A stretch of 64,000 bases of DNA from an uncultured Candidatus Entotheonella sp. GTDB taxonomy: Bacteria; Tectomicrobia; Entotheonellia; Entotheonellales; Entotheonellaceae. The notes under the pieces were generated by a model that had not been told where the DNA came from, made no database searches, and was given only the letters and a program-made list of their open reading frames with translations. Within the stretch, counting starts at the first letter, position 1, and the number at the start of each line of letters is the position of its first letter. Of the stretch, positions 1 through 9,489 are shown one piece after another. Location: positions 224,001 through 288,000 of the forward strand of contig CBDCDA010000001.1 of the NCBI GenBank assembly GCA_965215335.1, in the 5' to 3' direction. The position numbers and the translations under genes are program-made.

Positions 1-39
1 GCTTTTGAATACATACGGAAAAGATCGGCGGAGCGTGCC

Positions 40-535
40 GTGAACAGCGAGCTGGCTGGTCGTCCGATCGCATACTTGGAGACGACGATGGTGAGTTACC
101 TCACGGCCAGGCCGAGCCGCGATGTCGTCATAGCAGGGCATCAGCAATCAACCCGGGAATGGTGGGAGGACAGAAGACAGAATTTCAGAGTTGTTGCGTC
201 GCAACTTGTGCTCCAAGAGGCAGGCAGGCGATAGGCAGGCAGTTCGTCGCAGACTGGACATTTTGAAGGGCGTGGAACTGCTTGAGATCACCCCGCAGGC
301 GACGACCTTGGCGCGTGCCTTGATAAGGAACGGGATTATTCCTGAGACCTCACTTGAGGATGCTTTACATGTTGCAGTCGCCGTGGTCAACGGCTGCAAG
401 TATCTGGTGACGTGGAGCTATCACCACTTGGCCGGCGCCGGCGTGAGGGCGCGAATCGAATCATTCTGTCGGGATGAAGGATACGAGCCGGCGATCATCT
501 GTACGCCGGAGGAACTTTCGGAGGATGAGATATGA
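40..535 (+). pseudogene. Frameshifted PIN-domain (VapC-like) toxin
   Basis: N-half YLETTMVSYLTARPSRD (40-234) and C-half EDALHVAVAVVNGCKYLVTW...PAIICTPEEL (to 535) are in different frames; the break is in a GGCA tandem run near 219-229. Confidence 0.8.
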
Positions 536-774
536 AGGACGACCCCATCGTCGCAGAAGTGCGCCGAATGCGAGATGAGCATGCAGCGCGGTTCAAATAC
601 GATTTGGATTTGATCGTGAAAGATCTCAAAGCGCAAGAACATGCAAGCGGCCGACCATACATCAGCTTGCCACCGCGCGTACGCCACCAGCAATGCACAG
701 CGTATCGAAGCGAAAGCCTGAATCAGCCATTAGGCGCGGCCGGCACTGATTCAGGAACAACTCAATCAGTCTAG
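532..774 (+). CDS. Small putative antitoxin partner of the PIN toxin
   Basis: MKDDPIVAEVRRMRDEHAARFKYDLD type of protein seen next to this PIN family; ATGA overlap with the PIN stop; C-terminal part runs into a remnant. Confidence 0.6.
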   Translation: MKDDPIVAEVRRMRDEHAARFKYDLDLIVKDLKAQEHASGRPYISLPPRVRHQQCTAYRSESLNQPLGAAGTDSGTTQSV

Positions 775-931
775 CGACGAGAAGCTTCAACAAATGCGGC
801 GGTCACAAATTGATACTGCGCAAGCGGATTACGAGCGGCGCGTTCAGGAGTTGGACAGGGCGATGGAGACAGCGGATATTGTCGCTGAACCGGTGACGTA
901 TGGCGTCTTGGTCGCGGAGGGAGAACAATGA
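703..931 (+). pseudogene. C-terminal remnant of a larger gene (probably SNF2-type helicase)
   Basis: Frame ALIQEQLNQSSDEKLQQMRRSQIDTAQADYERRVQELDRAMETADIVAEPVTYGVLVAEGEQ* ends in an ATGA overlap with the 928 start; upstream TAG at 731 and a frameshift. Confidence 0.5.
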
Positions 932-3900
932 CCCTGGAAGAATTGATGCAGAAGCGTTTGAAGTGGGTAAAGGCAAATCACGAAAATGGCTTTGATGATG
1001 GCATCAGACGTTTGCTGACGGAACTCTACCCGGATAACGCGCATTTCATTTATGAGCTTCTTCAAAATGCCGAGGACGCCCAAGCGACAGAGGTGCGTTT
1101 TATTCTCAAAACAGACGGCGTCGAATTCGAGCACAATGGGGACCGCTTATTCTCCATAGAAGATGTGAATTCCATAACAAGTATCGGCATCAGTGCCAAA
1201 AGGGATGATACAACCAATATCGGCAAGTTCGGGATTGGCTTTAAGGCGGTCTTTGCCTATACCTCGACGCCCGAGATTACATCGGGCCAGTTTCATTTCC
1301 GCATCAGCGGTCTGGTTGTGCCTGATATAGAGGGGTTGACATCCTGCGCCCTTGGCGAACAAGAAACCCGATTCTCTTTCCCTTTCGATAATCCTGCAAA
1401 GCCACCTGAAGAAGCTCAAAGCGAGATAGAAAGAAATCTCAGGCAATTGGACGAAAGTGCGCTCCTTTTTCTCAGCAGCATCAGGAAGATAGAATATCTG
1501 CTACCTGATTCGACCCTGGGTTTTCTGGAGCGAAAAGAAACAGACGGAAATCGAATTGAGATACTTGTCCAGCATCCAGAAGAGTCGGAGCCTGCTTCAG
1601 CGGTTTTTCTCCGCTTTGAGAAGACGGTTGAGGTGAATGATGAGAACGGCGGTTTCCAACCTTGCCGAATTGCCGCTGCATTTGGCTTGGAGAAAAACCA
1701 GGAACAGGAGGGGAAGCAGTCGGGCAAGAAACGAGGGCGGACCCCACCGGCTCAGTGGAAAATAAAGCCATTGGAGCCAGGGAAGGTCTGCATCTATTTT
1801 CCCGCCGAAAAGGAAACATCAAATCTGCGATTTCACTTACACGCACCTTTTGCTTCGACCGTTGCACGCGATAGTGTGCGCGATTGCCCGGCAAACGATG
1901 AATTACGGAATCATCTGGCAAATTTAATCGTGGAATCAATGACCACTATACGCAATCAAGGATTATTGACGGTAGGCTTTCTGGCAACGTTGCCTAACAA
2001 CCGAGACAACCTGTCTTCCTTCTACAAACCAATTATGAAAAGACTGATTGAGGCATTTGATAATGAAAATTTGACCCCGATGAAGCAAGGTGGCCACATT
2101 GCTGCAAGTGGGACCTTCAGAGGGCAGGCACGACTGTCCGACCTTATCAGCGATAGCGATTTAGCAACGATTCTTGGAAAAGACCACTGCCTGCCGATGT
2201 GGATTGCCAACCCTCCTCAGCGAAATCAGCGTGAAGATAATTTTCTATCCATGCTGGATGTCAATGAGTGGACAACAGAAGACCTTGTAGATGAATTGTC
2301 AGCCAATTCTGAATCAACAATGAGATGGCTGGCAGAAAAACCTGACGAGTGGCATCAGAGACTCTATGCGTTGTTGCTGGAATTCCATGTCCAGCCGCCG
2401 CAGGTCGCAACACGGCACAAAGGCAAACTATCGAAACTTCACATCATTCGCTGTAGCGATGGGAGCTACAGAGCCGGAGGTGAGAGCTACTTCCCAAGCG
2501 ATGGTATGGAGCACGACGAAAATTTTCCTCGCGTCGTCAAAGGCGTCTTTTCGTCTGGGAAAAATACGCAGGAACAGGAAAAAGCCCGCAAATTCCTTGA
2601 GGCTATCGGAGTTAAAGAAGTTAACGAAGCTGAGCGGGTTAAGGCAATTTTGGAGAATAGATATTCTCAATCAGCGATTTATCGTGATAATTTCAAACCC
2701 GATATTCAGGATGTTAAGCGTTTTATCGCTTTAATAGAAAAAGAGCCAGGAGAGAAAAATTTGTTCGGTGAGTATTTTATCTTTCAGTTAGAAGACGGAG
2801 TGTGGGGAAAACTAGAAGACGGAGTGTGGGGAAAACCAGATCACGTCTTTCTGGATTTGCCTTATCTCGACACCGGCTTGAGCGCCTACTATAAATTACT
2901 TGGTGAAGGTTCAGGCCGGAAATGGGCGCTCTCACCGAATTATGAGAAATCTGACGTAGAGCCAGAAAGGGTAGGGAAGTTCGCCGAGACGGTGGGTGCT
3001 CAGACAGAACTACATCCCAAGAAACAACGTATTCCGTATAAAGGAGGGTGGTCTAATGGAATAAATAAAGATTATGACATACCAGAGTTTGACGTACTAT
3101 TGGCCGAGCCAGATTTGAAAAAATCTAAACTTATCTGGGATACAGTCAGAAAATTATCTGATAATTTCTTACAAGCAAAATATCGTTCAAATAGTCAGGT
3201 TAGTCCAATCACTCCTGCCTCTACATTTGTTCATAGACTCAGAAAGACGGAGTGGATTCCGCAAGAGTCCGAAGGGAAATCCATTATATTTGTGAGACCA
3301 CAAGATGCGACAGCCGATAAATTGCCAGAAGGGTTTCCTTATGAAAAAGGACAGAAATGGATCGAAGCTATCTTCTTCGGGGAATCCATCCGACGGCAAG
3401 AAGAATCTAAACGCTTGGAAGATCAAAAGAAGACCGCTGAATTTCAGCGCCGTGAAGTCGCTGCCAAGTCTCTCGGTTTTGACTCCGGTGAGGAAGCCAC
3501 AGAGATAGCGGAGTTAAAACGCAAAGACCCGGAGGGATTCAAAAGATGGCAAGAGAGTAACAAGGAAAGGCCACCTTTCCCAACGAGGCCAGCACCAAAT
3601 CCTCAACGCCGCAAGGAGGGAATTGCCAAACAACACGCTAAGGCTCCTGAAAAGGAATACAAACCCCGTAGGACATCGGTTCGCATCACAGAAGCGACAG
3701 CTTATACACGTGCCTGGTTAAAGGAAAACTATACAGATAATGAGAATCAGTTAAGGTGCCAGATATGTAAGTACAGAATGCCGTTCAGGAAGCGCAATGG
3801 CGAACATTACTTTGAAGCGGTGGAAGCTTTCTCAAAAGAATACCTGAGCAAAGAGCACGAAGCCCAATTTCTCGCCCTGTGCCCGCTGTGCGCAGCGAAG

Positions 3901-4185
3901 TACAAGGAATTTGTCAAGCGTGACGAGAACGCCATGAAAGCGTTGTATGACGCCTTGAAGTCTTCAGACAAGCCCGAGGTGCCGCTGGCTTTGGGGGAAT
4001 GGGAGACGAGTCTGCGGTTCGTAGAAACGCATTGGCAGGATATAAAGACGATTTTACAACTGTCACAATCCGAGGCAGCTGTTGCGGAGCGGAGCGACAC
4101 GTGGACCGAACAAGATCAAGAAGACCTGACCATGGCCTCCCTGCGGTACGCGGCGACACGCTACCCGGAGGAGGAGATTGTTTAA
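928..4185 (+). CDS. Sacsin-like GHKL/HATPase protein with C-terminal Zn-binding HNH-like domain (putative defence)
   Basis: ELLQNAEDA, HNG and IGKFGIGFKAVF motifs; C-terminal CQIC...LALCPLC; lower GC than flanking core genes. Confidence 0.8.
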   Translation: MTLEELMQKRLKWVKANHENGFDDGIRRLLTELYPDNAHFIYELLQNAEDAQATEVRFILKTDGVEFEHNGDRLFSIEDVNSITSIGISAKRDDTTNIGKFGIGFKAVFAYTSTPEITSGQFHFRISGLVVPDIEGLTSCALGEQETRFSFPFDNPAKPPEEAQSEIERNLRQLDESALLFLSSIRKIEYLLPDSTLGFLERKETDGNRIEILVQHPEESEPASAVFLRFEKTVEVNDENGGFQPCRIAAAFGLEKNQEQEGKQSGKKRGRTPPAQWKIKPLEPGKVCIYFPAEKETSNLRFHLHAPFASTVARDSVRDCPANDELRNHLANLIVESMTTIRNQGLLTVGFLATLPNNRDNLSSFYKPIMKRLIEAFDNENLTPMKQGGHIAASGTFRGQARLSDLISDSDLATILGKDHCLPMWIANPPQRNQREDNFLSMLDVNEWTTEDLVDELSANSESTMRWLAEKPDEWHQRLYALLLEFHVQPPQVATRHKGKLSKLHIIRCSDGSYRAGGESYFPSDGMEHDENFPRVVKGVFSSGKNTQEQEKARKFLEAIGVKEVNEAERVKAILENRYSQSAIYRDNFKPDIQDVKRFIALIEKEPGEKNLFGEYFIFQLEDGVWGKLEDGVWGKPDHVFLDLPYLDTGLSAYYKLLGEGSGRKWALSPNYEKSDVEPERVGKFAETVGAQTELHPKKQRIPYKGGWSNGINKDYDIPEFDVLLAEPDLKKSKLIWDTVRKLSDNFLQAKYRSNSQVSPITPASTFVHRLRKTEWIPQESEGKSIIFVRPQDATADKLPEGFPYEKGQKWIEAIFFGESIRRQEESKRLEDQKKTAEFQRREVAAKSLGFDSGEEATEIAELKRKDPEGFKRWQESNKERPPFPTRPAPNPQRRKEGIAKQHAKAPEKEYKPRRTSVRITEATAYTRAWLKENYTDNENQLRCQICKYRMPFRKRNGEHYFEAVEAFSKEYLSKEHEAQFLALCPLCAAKYKEFVKRDENAMKALYDALKSSDKPEVPLALGEWETSLRFVETHWQDIKTILQLSQSEAAVAERSDTWTEQDQEDLTMASLRYAATRYPEEEIV
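2789..2836 (+). repeat. Perfect 24-nt tandem duplication (LEDGVWGK x2)
   Basis: tagaagacggagtgtggggaaaac occurs twice, in frame. Confidence 0.95.
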
Positions 4186-4522
4186 TCCGGGTGACGTGGT
4201 GGTGCTTGATTTCCCCGGTGTGATGGGTGTCAAACGCCGGCCGGCAGTGGTCGTCTCCTCCCCGCTTTACCACGCCTCCCGACCTGATGTGGTCGTCGGC
4301 CTGATCACGAGCCGGGCCACGGCGCTTGGGCCTATGGATCATGTGTTACAGGATTGGTCACGAGCCGGCTTGAGAGTTCCCTCGGTTTTTCGGTGTTTTT
4401 TCGCTACGCTGCCCGCCGCTATCCATCATATGATCGTCGGTCATCTGTCCGACCGTGATTGGCAGGGGGTGTGTGAATGTGTGAGAACCGCCCTGGCTCC
4501 GATGATCTCTTCGGATAGGTAG
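4178..4522 (+). CDS. mazF: PemK/MazF family toxin
   Basis: PGDVVVLDFPG...KRRPAVVVSS...VVVGLITS signature, 114 aa. Confidence 0.85.
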   Translation: MFNPGDVVVLDFPGVMGVKRRPAVVVSSPLYHASRPDVVVGLITSRATALGPMDHVLQDWSRAGLRVPSVFRCFFATLPAAIHHMIVGHLSDRDWQGVCECVRTALAPMISSDR

Positions 4523-4589
4523 CGCGGCTTCCGCACCGCCTGGCGGGTGCCGGCTTAGAGCATTTCGGGATCAGTGGGGAGGTGAGGGA

Positions 4590-6134
4590 GTGAAGCGCAA
4601 GCTCCCCATCGGTATCCAGACCTTCCGCGAGATTCGCGCCGACAACTGTTACTACGTCGACAAGACAGCGTACATCCGGCGATTACTGGACGAGGGCAAG
4701 CACTACTTCCTCTCCCGCCCACGGCGTTTCGGCAAGAGCCTGTTCGTCGATACCCTGAAGGAATTGTTCGAGGCCAGTGAGTCGCTGTTCCGGGGGCTGG
4801 ACATCCACGGCCGCTGGGACTGGTCCGTGCGCCATCCCGTGATTCGGCTCGACTTCAGCCGAGGCCATTTCCAGGACCAGGAAGGTCTGCACACGAGCCT
4901 GACGGCGCAATTGAAACGCCTGGAAGAACGGGCGGGCGTCGGCTCTGCATACGATACCGCGCCGGAACGTTTCGGCGCTCTGATCGAGAGACTGCACGAG
5001 CGCGCCGGACAGCGGGTAGTCGTCCTCATCGACGAGTACGACAAGCCAATCCTGGACGCGCTGGAGACGCCGGAGGTGGCGCGCGCCAACCGCGACTATC
5101 TGCGCGGGCTGTATTCGACTCTCAAGTTCAACGACGCGGACATCCGTCTGAGCTTCCTCACCGGCGTCAGCAAGTTCTCCAAGGTCAGCCTCTTCTCCGG
5201 CCTGAACAATCTCACTGACATCACCCTGGATCCGCGTTACTCGACCCTCTGCGGCTACACCGAGGCGGACCTGGACGAGGTGTTCGCGCCGGAACTCCCC
5301 GGCCTGGACCGGGAGCGCATCCGCGAGTGGTACGACGGTTACAACTGGCGGGGCGATGAAAGCGTGTACAACCCCTTCGACGTCCTCCTGCTCTTCCGCA
5401 ACCGCGAGTTCGGCGCCTGGTGGTTCGAGACCGGCACGCCCTCATTCCTCGTCAAGACGCTGACAAGCCGGGGCGTCGGTTCCATCGACCTGGACGGCAT
5501 GCGCGGCACCAGCGCTCTGCTTTCGGCGTTCGACGTGGACGATATCGAGCCGGCGGCGCTGCTGTTCCAGACCGGCTATCTCACCATCCGGGCCGAGGCG
5601 GACATGGGCGGCAGCCCGCTGTACCTCATGGGCTATCCGAACCGGGAGGTGCGGCAGAGCCTGAACGAACACCTGCTGCGCGTCATGACGCCGGCCGCCT
5701 CGAGACGCCTGGCGACAAGCGTCCGGCTGCGCGAGCTGCTTGCCGCGAACGACTTCGCGGGCATCGAGACGCTGTTCCGGGCGTTCTTCTCCAGCATCCC
5801 TTACGAATGGCACACGAAGAACGAGATCGCCCGGTACGAAGGCTACTACGCCAGCGTGTTCTACTCCCACTTCGCGGCGGCGGGGCTGGACGTCATGGTA
5901 GAGGACAGCAGCAGCCTCGGGCGGGTGGACATGGCCGTGCGCTTCAATGGCCACGTCTATCTGTTCGAGTTCAAGGTGGCAGAATTGGCGCCAGCGGGAG
6001 CGGCGACGGCACAGTCGCGGGCGAAGGGCTACGCGAACAAGTACCGCCACCTGGACCAGCCAATCCACCTGGTGGGCGTGGAGTTCAGCCGAGAGATGCG
6101 CAATCTGGCCGCGTTTGTGGTGGAAAACGCATGA
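4590..6134 (+). CDS. AAA-ATPase-like protein with C-terminal PD-(D/E)XK nuclease (DUF1703 type)
   Basis: KLPIGIQTF, YYVDKT, SRPRRFGKS, LIDEYD, GRVD...FEFK motifs. Confidence 0.9.
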   Translation: MKRKLPIGIQTFREIRADNCYYVDKTAYIRRLLDEGKHYFLSRPRRFGKSLFVDTLKELFEASESLFRGLDIHGRWDWSVRHPVIRLDFSRGHFQDQEGLHTSLTAQLKRLEERAGVGSAYDTAPERFGALIERLHERAGQRVVVLIDEYDKPILDALETPEVARANRDYLRGLYSTLKFNDADIRLSFLTGVSKFSKVSLFSGLNNLTDITLDPRYSTLCGYTEADLDEVFAPELPGLDRERIREWYDGYNWRGDESVYNPFDVLLLFRNREFGAWWFETGTPSFLVKTLTSRGVGSIDLDGMRGTSALLSAFDVDDIEPAALLFQTGYLTIRAEADMGGSPLYLMGYPNREVRQSLNEHLLRVMTPAASRRLATSVRLRELLAANDFAGIETLFRAFFSSIPYEWHTKNEIARYEGYYASVFYSHFAAAGLDVMVEDSSSLGRVDMAVRFNGHVYLFEFKVAELAPAGAATAQSRAKGYANKYRHLDQPIHLVGVEFSREMRNLAAFVVENA

Positions 6135-6183
6135 TGGCAGCGGCTGAAGACCGGAAAATTCAGGTCAAAGGAGACCCGATACC

Positions 6184-6624
6184 ATGTGGAACTGGCTGAA
6201 AGACAACGGCACCGCACTCATTGCCCTTGCAGCCATCCTTACCGTTATCCTCACGTCCAACAACGCCATCCACCACCGCCTGAACGATATCAGGACCGAC
6301 ATGAACCAGCGCTTCGATGCCCAGAACAAGCGCATCGACGACCTCGAAGCCGACATGAACCAGCGCTTCGATGCCCAGGACAAATACATGAACCAGCGCT
6401 TCGATGCCCAGGACAAATACATGAACCAGCGCTTCGATGCCCAGGACATGCGCTTTGATGCCCAGGACAAATACATGAACCAGCGCTTCGATGCCCAGGA
6501 CATGCGCTTTGACCGCCTTACCGACGAAGTCTCCGAAATCCGCAGACTCAGTGACCGTATCACCCGAAACGACTTACGACTCGACATCATCGAACAACAA
6601 CTGCAGACCGCGGACGCGCCCTGA
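6184..6624 (+). CDS. Membrane-anchored coiled-coil protein with MNQRFDAQDKY repeats
   Basis: N-terminal hydrophobic helix followed by tandem repeats; GGAG upstream. Confidence 0.75.
   Translation: MWNWLKDNGTALIALAAILTVILTSNNAIHHRLNDIRTDMNQRFDAQNKRIDDLEADMNQRFDAQDKYMNQRFDAQDKYMNQRFDAQDMRFDAQDKYMNQRFDAQDMRFDRLTDEVSEIRRLSDRITRNDLRLDIIEQQLQTADAP
6298..6513 (+). repeat. Intragenic tandem repeat (33-nt unit, with shorter 21-nt variant)
   Basis: atgaaccagcgcttcgatgcccaggacaaatac repeated. Confidence 0.9.
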
Positions 6625-6819
6625 ATCGAGCCCAAGACCACCCAACCGGACTTTTTTTGCAGTCCTCCACTTTTCCATGCAATGTTTCAATTGTATGGTC
6701 CCGTGCCGTTGACGGCGCCTGCGGGCGGCCGTCTCCAGCCTGCCTTACCGGGTACTCGATGTCAGGCGTCGCAAGCGCGAAGCGTGGCATCGCAAAGCCT
6801 TTCGCAGGAGAATTTCCGG

Positions 6820-8229
6820 TCAGGTCGCGGCTTCCCGCCGCACGTCGAGCATCTCGTCGATACGGGTGAACTTGACGCGCGGCGCCCCGATTTCCTCCCC
6901 CCTGGACACTTCCACCTTGTCGAGATGCAGCCAATCGGCATAGGAGAAGAACGCCGGCTGCCGCTGCCGCACCAGCCTGGCAGCGGCTTCAGCGGTCGAG
7001 CCGGACGGCTGCAGCACCTTGCCGTCGGCCAGATCGGCCAGCATGCACTTGACCGTTTGCAGGGCGTCGGGCTTGTTCGTGCCGATGACGCCGGTGGGGC
7101 CGCGCTTGATCCAGCCGGACGCGTAAATACCGGTCAACGATGCCTGCCCGTCGGCGTCGAGCACGCGGCCTGCCACGTTGGCAATGACACCGCGACGGTC
7201 ATCGAACGGCACGTCGGGCAGCGGCACGCCGCGATAGCCGACCGAGCGAAAGACCATCTCGACCGGCAGTTCCTCGACCTGCTCGGTAGCGCGCGGCCGC
7301 AGGGTGCCGGAGTCGGTGGCGTAGAGCGCGTTCTTCACCAGCCGCATGGCGGTCAGCCGGCCGTCGGCGTCGCCCAGCAGGGCCACCGGCGATACCAGGA
7401 AGCGAATCGTCAGGCGACGCGCCTTGCCTTCCGGCTGCCGTGCGGCGAATTTTTGCAGCATCGCCACCTTGCGACCCGCGGCGCGGTCAGCGCCGCTGTC
7501 CAGGGCCGCCTGGCTCAGGTCGTCCAGGGCCGCTTCTTCGGGACGCACGATCAGATCGGCGCCGGGCAGTTGACCGAGCTCGCGCAATTCGGGATTGGTA
7601 AAAGCCGCCTGCGCCGGGCCACGCCGCCCGAGCATGGTGACCTCTTCAATCCTGCTTTCACGCAGCGCCGCCAGGGCGTAATCGGCGATGTCGGTCCTGG
7701 CGAGTTCTGCGGGGGTGCGGCACAGGATGCGAGCCACGTCAACGGCGACGTTACCGACGCCGACAATGGCGACGCGCTCGCACGAGAAGTCGAACTGCAG
7801 GTCGCGGTAGTCCGGGTGGCCGTTGTACCAGGCCACGAAGGTGGTAGCCGGGAAGCTGCCGATCAGATCCTCGCCCGGGACGTCCATGCGGTTGTCGGTG
7901 GGAGCGCCGGTCGTGAAGACGATCTGATGGTACAGCCCGCGCAGGTCGTCGAGGCCCAGGTGGGTGCCGTATTCAACGTTGCCGTAATAACGAAACCGAG
8001 GGTGGGCGGCGATCCTGTCGTAGGTGGCCGACACCGCCTTGATCTTCTGATGGTCCGGCGCCACGCCGCCGCGCACCAGACCGTACGGCGTCGGCAGCCG
8101 TTCCAGCATGTCGACCTCGACGACCAGGTCCTCCTGATTCAACAGGTGCTCGGCGACGTAGAAACCGCTCGGGCCCGCCCCGACAATCGCCACGCGCAAC
8201 GGCGCCGTAGCCGTACCCGGCTGTGCCAT
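6820..8229 (-). CDS. Ferredoxin--NADP+ reductase (FprA/adrenodoxin reductase type)
   Basis: VAIVGAGPSG, PYGLVRGGVAPDH, GVGNVAVD, GWIKRGPTGVIG; start chosen at MAQPG. Confidence 0.9.
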   Translation of the reverse strand: MAQPGTATAPLRVAIVGAGPSGFYVAEHLLNQEDLVVEVDMLERLPTPYGLVRGGVAPDHQKIKAVSATYDRIAAHPRFRYYGNVEYGTHLGLDDLRGLYHQIVFTTGAPTDNRMDVPGEDLIGSFPATTFVAWYNGHPDYRDLQFDFSCERVAIVGVGNVAVDVARILCRTPAELARTDIADYALAALRESRIEEVTMLGRRGPAQAAFTNPELRELGQLPGADLIVRPEEAALDDLSQAALDSGADRAAGRKVAMLQKFAARQPEGKARRLTIRFLVSPVALLGDADGRLTAMRLVKNALYATDSGTLRPRATEQVEELPVEMVFRSVGYRGVPLPDVPFDDRRGVIANVAGRVLDADGQASLTGIYASGWIKRGPTGVIGTNKPDALQTVKCMLADLADGKVLQPSGSTAEAAARLVRQRQPAFFSYADWLHLDKVEVSRGEEIGAPRVKFTRIDEMLDVRREAAT

Positions 8230-8394
8230 TCTCAACCCCTCACCGCATGTGTTGGAAGTCGTCATGGGCCTTGCGCGGCATCCCTCGACACACGCCTCCA
8301 GCCCGCTTAGCGGCGGCCATTATACTGCATTGACATGGCGCCACAATCCCACTAGGTTGACAGTGATTCCGCCCATTCAACCAAGGAGGCCGCC

Positions 8395-9477
8395 ATGCAA
8401 GTCGGATACTTCGCAATGCCCCTGCATCCTCCCGGCGCCGACCCGACCCGCACCCTTGAGGACGACCTGGCACAGGTCGTCCTGCTCGACGAGCTCGGCT
8501 ACCAGGAGGCGTGGATCGGCGAGCACTTCACCACCGTGTGGGAGAACATTCCGGCGCCCGACCTGTTCATCGCCATGGCCCTGGCGCAGACCCGGCGCAT
8601 CGTCCTCGGCACCGGCGTGTCGTGCATGCCCAACCACAACCCCTTCATGCTGGCGCAGCGCATCGCGCAACTCGACCACCAGGCGCGCGGCCGCTTTCAC
8701 TGGGGGGTCGGCTCCGGCGGCTTCCCCGGCGACTTCGAGGTGTTCGGCTTCGACCCCGCGACCGGCGCCCACCGCGGCATGACGCGCGACGCCATCGACC
8801 TGGTGCTGCAACTCTGGGACGACCCGAAACCGGGGTTGTACGAGCACCCCTATTGGCGCTTCACCATCCCCGAGCCCGTGGACGAAATCGGCCTTCGCCT
8901 GCACCTCAAGCCGTACCAGAAACCGCACCCGCCCATCGGCGTTGCCGGGGTGTCGCCCAAATCGGATACGCTCATCCTGGCCGGCGAGCGCGGCTGGATT
9001 CCCCTCAGCATCAACCTGGTGCCCACCGCCACGCTTTGCACCCACTGGGAGGCCGTGCGGGAGGGCGCCGCCAGAACCGGTCGGACCCCGGACCAGCACG
9101 CCTGGCGCATCGCCCGCGAGGTGTACGTGGCCGAGAGCAGCGCCGAGGCGCGCCGCGAGGCCCTCGACGGCGTGCTCAGCCGCGACTTCCAGCAGTACTT
9201 CCTGCCGCTGCTGTCCCGCATGAACATGCTCGGCCTGCTCAAGACCGATCCCGGCATGGCCGACAGCGAGGTGACGCCGGAATATCTCGTCGACAACATC
9301 TGGGTCGTCGGCAGCCCTGACGAGGTGGCGGACAAGCTAAGGCGGCTGCATCACGACGTGGGCGGCTTCGGCGTGCTGCTGGCCATGGCCCACGAATGGC
9401 AGCCCAAGGCGCGCTGGCAGCGGTCGATGACCCTGCTGGCCCGTGACGTCATGCCCCGACTCTCCGATCTGAACTGA
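8395..9477 (+). CDS. LLM class flavin-dependent monooxygenase
   Basis: FAMPLHPP, ELGYQEAWIGEH, PYQKPHPPI; AAGGAGG RBS. Confidence 0.9.
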   Translation: MQVGYFAMPLHPPGADPTRTLEDDLAQVVLLDELGYQEAWIGEHFTTVWENIPAPDLFIAMALAQTRRIVLGTGVSCMPNHNPFMLAQRIAQLDHQARGRFHWGVGSGGFPGDFEVFGFDPATGAHRGMTRDAIDLVLQLWDDPKPGLYEHPYWRFTIPEPVDEIGLRLHLKPYQKPHPPIGVAGVSPKSDTLILAGERGWIPLSINLVPTATLCTHWEAVREGAARTGRTPDQHAWRIAREVYVAESSAEARREALDGVLSRDFQQYFLPLLSRMNMLGLLKTDPGMADSEVTPEYLVDNIWVVGSPDEVADKLRRLHHDVGGFGVLLAMAHEWQPKARWQRSMTLLARDVMPRLSDLN

Positions 9478-9489
9478 GGATGACACCCC

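Noticed and set aside
6298..6513. Repeats as a CRISPR array
   Set aside because: The units are contiguous, in-frame coding repeats with no unique spacers
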